This document shows positions 39,148 to 48,300 of a stretch of 51,270 bases of DNA, in pieces. The notes beneath the pieces were generated by a model that saw nothing but the letters and a program-made list of their open reading frames with translations, searched no databases and was not told where the DNA came from. The stretch spans positions 1 through 51,270 of the forward strand of contig JBDREC010000064.1 of the NCBI GenBank assembly GCA_043820105.1, in the 5' to 3' direction. Every line of letters begins with the position of its first letter. The stretch's first letter is position 1. Position numbers and translations under genes: made by a program. This DNA comes from Pseudomonadota bacterium (GTDB lineage Bacteria; Bdellovibrionota_F; JAHFAK01; JBDREC01).

Positions 39148-40160
39148 TTGTTTTGGCTATATTTTATCCCTAAATCCATTATTTTGTTTAGGAGTTTTGG
39201 GTAATTTATTTTTTGGTGTTTTGCAGAATATGCAAAGTCCTCAGGTCGAGCAATTTCTGGGTTTGGGTTTGCTTCTAAAAAATAAATTTGACCGGATTCA
39301 CAAATCCTTAAATCAAGGCGAGCATAACCTGAAAGCTCAAGCAAATGATATATCTTTCTTGATAGTTTTTTGATTTTTTTTGTTTGTTCTTCAGTGTATT
39401 TACAGACCTCGGTGTCTATTTTATATTTTTCTCTGTATTCAGGTGACCATTTAACTTTTGAAGATGCGATTTTATAAATGTTTTTTGGTAGGTTTTTAAA
39501 TTGAAGTTCAAGTAAAGGGAAAACTTCAACTTTTTTATTTCCTATTAAGCTTACATAAATATCCTTACCTTCAACATAGGATTCAATGAGAGCGTGAGAT
39601 AGGGTGTTGTCATGAATGAATTTAATTCTTTCATTAAGCTTTTCATCATCATTCACAATTGAAGCTTGAGAAATTCCAACTGAGCCTTCTTCAGTTAACG
39701 ATTTTACAATCAAGGGAAACTCAAGTTTTCTAGATCTTTTATAATTTTTACCAATTTTCGCGATATCAAATACAGGCATTTTAATTCTGTGATAATGAAG
39801 CAGTTTTTTTGAAAGTCCTTTGTCCCTTGAAAGCATTAAACCTTTTGGATTGCAGCCAGTATATGGAAGTTTTATCATTTCCAAGTAAGATACAAGAGCA
39901 TAATTTTGCAGTGTTTCAGAATCAAAGGCTTCCAAGAGATTAAAAGCAATATGAGGTTCAAACTCTTTTTTTGCTTTTCTTATTACAGAAAGATCATCAA
40001 TAACTTCTATAACTTTAACATCATGACCAATAGATTTTAGAGTTGTAATGACATAATACTCAGTTCTCCATGGGACTTTCCAAAGATTATAACCTTGGAC
40101 ATCTTTAGGAGGAGTCAGATTAGGACCAATCAATACAAGGATTTTAAGTTTTTCATTCAT
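39144..40160 (-). CDS. ATP-grasp ligase, D-Ala-D-Ala ligase-like paralogue
   Basis: FNLLE, LPYTG, SRDK, PLIVK, EGSVGI, YARLDLR and LEANPNP motifs. Confidence 0.88.
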   Translation of the reverse strand: MNEKLKILVLIGPNLTPPKDVQGYNLWKVPWRTEYYVITTLKSIGHDVKVIEVIDDLSVIRKAKKEFEPHIAFNLLEAFDSETLQNYALVSYLEMIKLPYTGCNPKGLMLSRDKGLSKKLLHYHRIKMPVFDIAKIGKNYKRSRKLEFPLIVKSLTEEGSVGISQASIVNDDEKLNERIKFIHDNTLSHALIESYVEGKDIYVSLIGNKKVEVFPLLELQFKNLPKNIYKIASSKVKWSPEYREKYKIDTEVCKYTEEQTKKIKKLSRKIYHLLELSGYARLDLRICESGQIYFLEANPNPEIARPEDFAYSAKHQKINYPKLLNKIMDLGIKYSQNN

Positions 40161-41170
40161 ATAAAAATATAGTGTTTATTGTTCTTTATATATTCATTAG
40201 CTTTTATTGAAAGCTGCCTTTCGATTTTACTAAGTATATTATCTTTATTAGCCACATGGAAGTCAAGCCTTTGGGCTCTTTTTTCAAAGGAATCAAGCAT
40301 ATTTTTAACGATGTATTTAGGTTTTGAAGTTTCTTTAGTAACTTTTTCTAATAATATTATTTTATTTTGTTTAATAAGCTTTATTGCATTTATTTTATTA
40401 GTAGTGCTGCCTGGCCTGGAAAAGCAAGCCTTTAAGGCTGGATCCCAAAACTGGTCATCCATCTTTGAATGTTTTTTTTGTTTTTCCTCTAAGTATTCTT
40501 TGTAAGTTAATTTTAATTCACATAAAGCATAATATTTTTCTTTATTAAGCTCAAATGGTTTTTTGCCAGATATTTCATTCATTAATCGATCAACATAAAG
40601 CAGCTTATTAAAACAGGGCCAACTTTTATATCTGTTTTTCCAGTTTGATATTGGATCAAGCCATACTGCAAAAGTTTCAGCAAAGTCTTCACAAGGGTGG
40701 GCTTGAGCATAGCCATCTTCAATATGCCTAACATAGTTTTTGCTATGTTGTTTGAAAGAATAAGAAATAGGGTACTTCACTGTTGCTTTACCAAAAATTT
40801 TGGATCTTCGACTTTTCCTTCTTAGCCTAAAAGCATTATCAATTGCATGCCCTGTTTCATGCCTTAATAATTTCAGAGCCCAACTTTTGTTCGCGCCTTC
40901 AGCATATCCAATAAATTCTTTTTCAAGTTTAATAAGCTTTTTATGAAATAGATAAAAAGGAATAGAAACAGCAATAGATGAATCAGGACAAAACCATTCA
41001 TTAGAAATAAAAAAGCGAGGCTTAATACAAATCTTTTTTGCTTTTAATTCTTCTTTTACCTGCTTAATTAACGGTTCTAAAAAACTTTCTTTTATCTTAA
41101 ACCTAAAATCACACAAACGAGTATTAAGGATCTCTTGATAATTTATTCTATCTAAATCAAACTGATTCAT
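40157..41170 (-). CDS. Putative zinc-binding metallopeptidase
   Basis: LLRHETGH (HExxH) and YAQAHPCEDFAETFAVW; ATGA overlap with the ATP-grasp gene. Confidence 0.82.
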   Translation of the reverse strand: MNQFDLDRINYQEILNTRLCDFRFKIKESFLEPLIKQVKEELKAKKICIKPRFFISNEWFCPDSSIAVSIPFYLFHKKLIKLEKEFIGYAEGANKSWALKLLRHETGHAIDNAFRLRRKSRRSKIFGKATVKYPISYSFKQHSKNYVRHIEDGYAQAHPCEDFAETFAVWLDPISNWKNRYKSWPCFNKLLYVDRLMNEISGKKPFELNKEKYYALCELKLTYKEYLEEKQKKHSKMDDQFWDPALKACFSRPGSTTNKINAIKLIKQNKIILLEKVTKETSKPKYIVKNMLDSFEKRAQRLDFHVANKDNILSKIERQLSIKANEYIKNNKHYIFI

Positions 41171-41178
41171 TCTCTAAA

Positions 41179-41218
41179 CCTTGTTCTCTTGTTCCCTAGC
41201 GCTCTTGTTCCCTTGTTC
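41179..41218. repeat. Five in-register octamers, mostly (C/T)CTTGTTC
   Basis: Reverse complement of the GGGAACAA family at 23157. Confidence 0.8.
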
Positions 41219-41317
41219 TCTATCCCACCATTTTCCAAATTTCAAATAAAAAAGCTTTCTTTTTCCTTTTATTTAAAATAAGGACAGTTTTTACTTAAAA
41301 GAAACAATGGATCTTTA

Positions 41318-42463
41318 ATGTTTTACTATGATTATCAGAAGCACAATGTCTATTTTGCAAAGTGTGCAAACCTGGCAGAACCCATTTTGGAAGAAGAATT
41401 ATTAGAATTAGGAGCCTATGAAACAAATCAGGCCTTCAAGGGAGTTTATTTTAAGGCTGAAAAAGAAACATTCTATAAAATCCTGTACTTAAGTCGTATT
41501 TCATCACGGATCTTAGCTCCTTTAATTTCATTTAATTGTCATAATGAAAAACAGCTCTACAAAAAATGTCATGAAATTGATTGGTCTAAAATATTTGGAG
41601 TTTCAAAGACTTTTGCATGTTTTGCAACAGTAGCTAATAGTAAGATGCGAAATTCTCAATTTGCTTCCTTAAAACTTAAAGATGCAATTGTTGATAGATT
41701 TAATAAAGATCTAGGAAAAAGACCAAATGTTGATCCAAAATCGCCTGATATTTGGATTAATTTAAATATTTCAAATAATAAAGCCAGTATTAGCTTGGAT
41801 GCCTCAGGTGGTTCTCTTGATAAACGAGGATATCGAAAAACTACTGTTGAAGCGCCATGTGGTGAAACCTTGGCAGCTACAATTTTGAGAATAATAAAAT
41901 TTGATGAAAACCAAAGTCTATATGATCCAATGTGCGGCTCTGGCACTTTTTTAGCTGAGGCTTTAATGAAGATTGCCAATGTTCCCAACCTTTATAATAG
42001 AGAAAAAATTGGGATAAGCTTATTTCCTGATTTTGATAAAGACCTTTGGGATAATGTGAAAAATGAATGTGATAAAAGGGTATATCTAAAAGATCCAAAT
42101 TGCATTCAGGGTTCCGACATATCAAAATCAAGCGTAGCTGCTGCTAAATCAAATTTAGAAAACATCCCTCACGGCAAAAAAGTCATCATAAAAATAGCAG
42201 ACTTTAATAATCTAGATGGTCTAAAAGATAAAGTGATAGTTTTGAATCCACCTTATGGAGGAAGAATAGGGGATAAATCCAAGTTAAAAGAACTTTACTC
42301 AGAATTTGGAGACTTTCTAAAACAAAAATGTCAAAACTCTACATGCTACATGCTAATCGGTGATCTGGAGCTTATAAAAAGCATTGGCTTAAGAACCAGT
42401 TTTAAGAAGCCAATTTACAATGGCGGGCTTGAATGCCGCCTGGTAAAACTGGATATTTACTGA
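41318..42463 (+). CDS. THUMP-domain class I SAM-dependent RNA methyltransferase (RlmL-like)
   Basis: KRGYR, ETLAA, DPMCGSGT and NPPYG motifs. Confidence 0.9.
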   Translation: MFYYDYQKHNVYFAKCANLAEPILEEELLELGAYETNQAFKGVYFKAEKETFYKILYLSRISSRILAPLISFNCHNEKQLYKKCHEIDWSKIFGVSKTFACFATVANSKMRNSQFASLKLKDAIVDRFNKDLGKRPNVDPKSPDIWINLNISNNKASISLDASGGSLDKRGYRKTTVEAPCGETLAATILRIIKFDENQSLYDPMCGSGTFLAEALMKIANVPNLYNREKIGISLFPDFDKDLWDNVKNECDKRVYLKDPNCIQGSDISKSSVAAAKSNLENIPHGKKVIIKIADFNNLDGLKDKVIVLNPPYGGRIGDKSKLKELYSEFGDFLKQKCQNSTCYMLIGDLELIKSIGLRTSFKKPIYNGGLECRLVKLDIY

Positions 42464-42779
42464 CAAAAAAATCATCTCTTAAAATAAAAATTGACTCTTC
42501 TGGCAGCTCTTCTCTGCATGCCTGACAAGAAAACTTTTGGCTTTCAAGCCAATTAGAAATGTTTTGAAAAAGATCATTTGCGCTTGATTTTATATAATAA
42601 GCTCCGAGTGATGTGATATCCTTACATGTAGGACAAACTGAGCGAAGTTCAAAAGATAGAATTTTGTCTTTTTCACTACAATCAAAATAGCATTCAAATT
42701 CTGCTTTTGCACAAGGTTTTTGTGCTAAGTTATCACAAGCTCCACACATACTATAATTAAAGTCATAAGCTAAATCCAT
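42402..42779 (-). CDS. Small Cys-rich putative metal-binding protein
   Basis: CGAC, CPTC and CQAC pairs; GAGGTG RBS before the ATG at 42779; 62-nt convergent overlap with the methyltransferase. Confidence 0.55.
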   Translation of the reverse strand: MDLAYDFNYSMCGACDNLAQKPCAKAEFECYFDCSEKDKILSFELRSVCPTCKDITSLGAYYIKSSANDLFQNISNWLESQKFSCQACREELPEESIFILRDDFFVSKYPVLPGGIQARHCKLAS

Positions 42780-42926
42780 TTTACACCTCAATGAAAAATT
42801 TAAAATATGAAATATATCTAGCATAATTATAAGTCAGTTTTTGTCTTGATTTTGGGGTGAATTGAAAAATTTAGGAGTTATCTGAGTCTTTAAGCTGTAT
42901 ATGCAAGTTGGTTTATTTATTCTTAA

Positions 42927-43487
42927 TTATAGTGCACTTGATTTTATATAAAAAAAGCACAAATATGGCATCCTAATTCCGTCTAATTCAAAATTTTCAT
43001 CCTTTACGCATTCAAATCCAAACAATTCATCCTTTGTTACAAATCTTTTAATTTCAACAACTGCATCAAAATTTCTTGGAATTTGAAATCCATTAAATAA
43101 GAATTCATTATCTTTTTTATTAATTTGAAATAACTCAAGATAAGCCTCACCTTCTTTTTTAATCCACACATTTCCTTCTTTAGAAAAATCAAAGGTTAAA
43201 GCGCATTGATAGCTGGTTCTACTAGTTAAGTGATCTATATTTACTCTTAAGCAAAGAACTTCCAAGGACTCATTGCTTGTTTGAAAATATTTAATCGTGT
43301 AATCCCTTTGATAGTTGATTGGAAAATCATCTGACATAAGGCCAAAGAGCATCTCAGATTCATATTCATCATTAATAAATACTTTTAATACATTTCCATT
43401 TTCATAGGTGTGTATTGCATTAGGAATGTAAGCAAATAAGTTAAAAGAAATTAAAATGCTTAGAAAAATAAAATATAACTGCTTCAT
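42927..43487 (-). CDS. Exported hypothetical protein
   Basis: Signal peptide (..FNLFA), GGAG RBS, four Cys. Confidence 0.75.
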   Translation of the reverse strand: MKQLYFIFLSILISFNLFAYIPNAIHTYENGNVLKVFINDEYESEMLFGLMSDDFPINYQRDYTIKYFQTSNESLEVLCLRVNIDHLTSRTSYQCALTFDFSKEGNVWIKKEGEAYLELFQINKKDNEFLFNGFQIPRNFDAVVEIKRFVTKDELFGFECVKDENFELDGIRMPYLCFFYIKSSAL

Positions 43488-43568
43488 TTGTTCTCCAATA
43501 AGTAAAGTTAGTAATAAGTGGTAATTTATTATGAATGTTTGCTATCCTAAACTGGTGATGAATAATAA

Positions 43569-43584
43569 AGCAATGAATATGCCA
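43569..43584 (-). promoter_or_regulatory. Sigma-54 promoter
   Basis: Minus strand TGGCATATTCATTGCT, ~80 nt upstream of the ORF start at 43487. Confidence 0.7.
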
Positions 43585-43840
43585 AATCAGTTAATGGTGT
43601 AAGTGTTAGAAAATAAAGGATATAGATTTTAATGACTTTTTATTATAAATAGCAAAAAGCACTTGTTTTCTCTCAAAATAGCCAAAATGTTACTGTTTTT
43701 ATATTTTGTCTTAATAAACTAAAAAGAACTAATGAAGTGTTGAAATTGACCAATAATTCCAATGTTTTAATTTTTCAGATTGTAATAAGGGATTAATTAT
43801 CTTATAATATTGGCAAGAACAAAAACTTGTTTAGGTTAAA

Positions 43841-45328
43841 ATGAAAAAGCTTTTTATAATTTTATTTTCGCTCTTAACTCTTTTATTTCTGTCATGCTTT
43901 GAGCAAAGTCAGGACCAAGATAATAATGATGATGCAACAAGTGATACACAGGAAACTGATTCATATATCGCCGTCTATATTGACTTTGATTCTTTTTTAG
44001 AAAATGAGACAATTTTTGAATCCTCAAGCATAATTGATAAGTTTGATATAAGTGCAATTCCTGGTATAATAATTCCAACCCCTGTTCCAATCCCTGGTAT
44101 ATATAAGTCTTCTGAAAACGCAAAAGAACATTCTTATACAAGGGATAATTTGCCAGCTCTTCTTTGGGTTGCATCTAACGTTAATTTAAGCACTAGTGAT
44201 TTATCTAGTGATGACTTTGATGATAATTCTTGGCTTTCTTATGTTTTGCCAGATGAATCAACTTGGATAGCAAAGGCTGGAATTAAAAAAGATGATTTCT
44301 TTTATCTTTTTATTATTATTCCTACTTGTGATGATCTTTCCACATGTATTCTTGAGCAGGATCAGGATTTAATATTTCCCTATGTTTCATATTATGGAGA
44401 AAAACAGTTTACAGTAAACGCTGATGGTGAATTTGATATTGGTGATCTTGATATAAATTCATCATCTGGTGAAATTACTATTAGTTCAACAATTATTCCT
44501 GGTTCTCAATCTGGTATTGTTTCTGAGTACATTGAAAATGGATATAAAATCGCAAGTTTTACTGGAGAATCAATTGATGATTCAACTATTACAGATTCAG
44601 ATTCCAAAATTTTTATAGGATCATATATAAATGATAAAAATCAAACTTCTACTGAAAATTATTTAAAATGTTCACAGGATCAAAATTATAACATGAACAT
44701 TGATCTTGATGATACAGCTGAAATGCTTTTACAGTCAGGAGAAATGACTCAAATATCTTTTCATTTTTGGATAAATATATATGATAATTTTGAAAGCAAT
44801 CAGCCCTATTTTTTATTAACATCTGGCTTAGATGAGACAGTTATATCAGATTATGGAATGTTTAGACTGGAAATTGAAGAAGATTCAGAAGGCACTGACG
44901 AATTTTATTTATCATTAAAGTCGCTTGATAAGAATCTTATTAGCGAAGATAATGTCACGTCTACTTCTCTAGATAATTCTAAACTTATTAAAAATAATTG
45001 GTACTTTATTCTCGTTTCTCTAGGTTTTTCAGAACAAGATTATGAACCTTATCTTGATTCAACTATTTATGTGTTTAATGAATTGCTAGAATATAATGTT
45101 TTATCAACTTCAGTTCAACTAGATGGCGATGAGATTGAATTCTTTGGTGCTAGCTTAATTTCGGATAACATATATGTTTGTGGAACATTAGGTTATAATG
45201 ATCAGGGTGCAATTCCAAATGTATATATAGATGATATTTATTTTAATGCTCAAGGCGTTGATGCAGAAGCTGCTGAATCAATTTTTGAATTTAATCTCAT
45301 AGGCTCTAACCATTGGAACCTTAATTAA
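43841..45328 (+). CDS. Acidic lipoprotein with probable C-terminal LamG/concanavalin-A-like domain
   Basis: Lipobox FLSC; ISFHFWIN, NNWYFILVS and YIDDIYF segments typical of LamG-like jelly rolls. Confidence 0.7.
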   Translation: MKKLFIILFSLLTLLFLSCFEQSQDQDNNDDATSDTQETDSYIAVYIDFDSFLENETIFESSSIIDKFDISAIPGIIIPTPVPIPGIYKSSENAKEHSYTRDNLPALLWVASNVNLSTSDLSSDDFDDNSWLSYVLPDESTWIAKAGIKKDDFFYLFIIIPTCDDLSTCILEQDQDLIFPYVSYYGEKQFTVNADGEFDIGDLDINSSSGEITISSTIIPGSQSGIVSEYIENGYKIASFTGESIDDSTITDSDSKIFIGSYINDKNQTSTENYLKCSQDQNYNMNIDLDDTAEMLLQSGEMTQISFHFWINIYDNFESNQPYFLLTSGLDETVISDYGMFRLEIEEDSEGTDEFYLSLKSLDKNLISEDNVTSTSLDNSKLIKNNWYFILVSLGFSEQDYEPYLDSTIYVFNELLEYNVLSTSVQLDGDEIEFFGASLISDNIYVCGTLGYNDQGAIPNVYIDDIYFNAQGVDAEAAESIFEFNLIGSNHWNLN

Positions 45329-45369
45329 TTATTAAAAGGAAACTTAAAACAGATTATGAAAAAAAAATA

Positions 45370-48300
45370 ATGGCTGAATACATAGAGAGCTTAGAAAATC
45401 AAAAAAAATACAATAAAAATTCTATTGTTTGCTATACTAATAGACTTAATGATTTTCTTAGCTTTTTCAAAAATAAAAAAGATTTAAATAGTATTTCAAA
45501 AGAAGATGTTGAGAAATTTCTTAAAAGCTTAGATAAAAGTGATATATCAAATGCTAAATATAACCAATTCATCACTGCAATAAGAGGTTTTTATAAGTAT
45601 CTAGAAAAAAGCTTTGGAGTAAACGATCTGTTTTCTGATATAAAACTAAAAAAGTCTTTGGAAAAAATATATTTAAATGAAGATCAAATTCTAGCTTTTC
45701 TGGATATAATAAAAGCTGTGGAAGATAATAAAAAAACTATTTTTCTAATATATGTGCTTACAGAACTTAAAATACAGGACATTCTGAAGCTAGATAAAAA
45801 TGATATTGAAATCAAAGCTGATCAGCTCATAATCAATGTTTCAAAAAATAAATTAAAAAAAGAATATGATTTGAGTGCATCCCCATTCAAAGAAAGATTA
45901 AATGGTGAAATATCTGAATTAATAAAAGAATCAAAGAAATTATTATTTGAATCAAATAAGCAAAAAGAAATTCTAACAGCTGGCTTTAATTACATCTTTA
46001 AAAAGTTCAAAAAGCATTTGCCAAAAGAATGCAGCTCAGTTTTAATGCTAAAAAACCCAAGGTTCACACTTCCCAAAAAAGAAAAGCACCTTGCTTACTT
46101 AGAAAGTCGCAAATATAAGTTTCATAAACTAATTAGCAATAATGATGAGTCTTCAGTTTATCTTGTTTATGATAGACAAAAGAAAAGTAAACTTGCCCTT
46201 AAAATATTAAACTCTCAAGTATTTAATCCCGAATTAGAAGCAAGATTTGAGAATGAGTTTTTAACTCTGAAATCTTTAAACCATCCATTATTGCCACGTG
46301 TTTATGATTTTGTATGTGATAAATCAAAAAAACTTTGTTATTTTACGCTGGAATATATGGACGCAGCGCCAATTTCAGACTTTGTTCAAAAGCTATCTAT
46401 TAAAGAAGCAATACTTATTATTTATAATTTCATCGATCTTTTCAAATATTTAAATTCAAAGAATATAATTCATTTTGATATTAATCCCAATAATATTTTA
46501 TTTAAAAATTCTGCAGCTGGAAAGCTAAATATAAAGCTCATTGATTTTGGTCTTTCAGGAGTTACAGAAACAACAATACCAAAGGGAACTAATTATTTTA
46601 TTGCTCCTGAAATTATTTTAAATAAAAAAGCCAGTACTACAAGTGATCTATATTCCCTGGGTATTACAATATATCATCTGCTAACTGCGCGCTTTCCATT
46701 CAATAATCAAAATACTGACTCATATTTAAAGGAAATTAAGCAAAATAAATATGTGGAAATATCTGAATATTTAAACCAGATACCAGATGAATTAGAAGAG
46801 CTAATTAGCAAAATGACCAGATATAATCCAGAGCAACGATATGCAGAGTTTCACGAAATAGAAAAGGACATCTCCAGTCTAATTGAAAAACATTTGCTTG
46901 ATGGGGAAACTAGTGTAAATGAGATTAGCTTGAAAATTCCTGCTTATATTAATTTTAATAATTACAAAGAGCATTTTAATAAAATCTTTAATATTGTTTC
47001 ATCTGAAAAGGTATATTATCCAGAAGTATATTCAATATTGCTTTCAGGTGAGGCAGGATCAGGAAAAAAACGACTTCTTTCAGAACTTAGCAATGCCGCT
47101 TATATTAAGAAAAAGCCTGTTTATAGGTTTGAGTTTTCAAATGATCCTTATGATTGCTTGGGAAATATTATAGAATTTTGTCTTCTAAAGAAGAAAATCA
47201 AAATCGACCATAGTGATAGCACCAATAATGATAAAAAGGCTTTATCAATTAACACTATAAAGAAACTTGCATATAGTCTAGCAGGTGAACTAAGCAAAAA
47301 TCCGTCTCTTGTTATTTTTGAAGCCTGTGAGAATTTAAAGCCAGATGCACTTGCTTTTATAAAACTTTTTTTAGATGAAATAAAAAATAGCAAAAAGTCT
47401 TTTCTTAGTATTTTTTCTATTAATACAGAAAATGAAGAAGGTGCAAAGCTTGCTGAACTCTTAAAAAGAAAGCTTCCTAATAAAGCAAATTACCTTGAAT
47501 GGAAACTCGCGCACTTAAATAAAGAAGAAGTAGCCAGGCTTTGTGAATCAGCACTCAATAAAGCTTATGACTCATCTTTAATTGATTATTTATATAAGTA
47601 CAGTAAGGGTAATGCAGGACAAGTGCTTATGCTGCTGTCTTATCTAAGTGAAAATAATTCATTAATTTTGAGAAATAATATAGTTCAGGTTTTAGAAACA
47701 AAAAAAGATCTTGTTCCAGGTGCTATTGAAGATATAATTGAAAATAAAATATCTAAGCTTTCTAAAAATGAAAAACATGTTCTAAGTTTCTTGTCTATCT
47801 TGGAAGTTGATCTTAATGTGAATTTGTTAATGATAATGTTATGTGAATTCTATGAGACGATTTCAAAAGCTGATTTTATTTTAGCTGTAGAAGCATTAAT
47901 TCATAAGCAATTGGTTTTCAAAACAGATGATTTTACAGATGTATCCCTTGATTCTTTGAATTCTAACTATTTCATTAAAATTGCTGATGATTATATTAAA
48001 ATGCAGTCACACAAACAAATTAACACAAAAATAATGAAGTTAATGCATCTAAAAATAGCTCAATATCTTGAAGCATCTTTAGATTTGCAGGAAAAATATT
48101 CAGAAACTATAGGCTTTCATTTTAGTATGGGATCAAACCAGGAAAAAGCATTTTTATACTTAGATAAAAAGGCTCGCGATTTATACAATCAGGGACTATG
48201 GGAAAGATCAGCTCTATTATTTGAAAGAGCATTGAAAGATGTTGAAAAGTTACCTGACCTTGATCCGAAGCTGGTTGATTCTATTTTGTTTAATGCAGAA

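Noticed and set aside
39144-40160. Calling this gene ddl or a van resistance ligase
   Set aside because: Lacks the N-terminal Ddl substrate motifs and any mur/van context.
45370-46080. Integrase marking a prophage or integrative element
   Set aside because: Catalytic residues and the Tyr helix are missing, it is fused in frame to a regulator, and no att repeats, tRNA or phage genes were seen.
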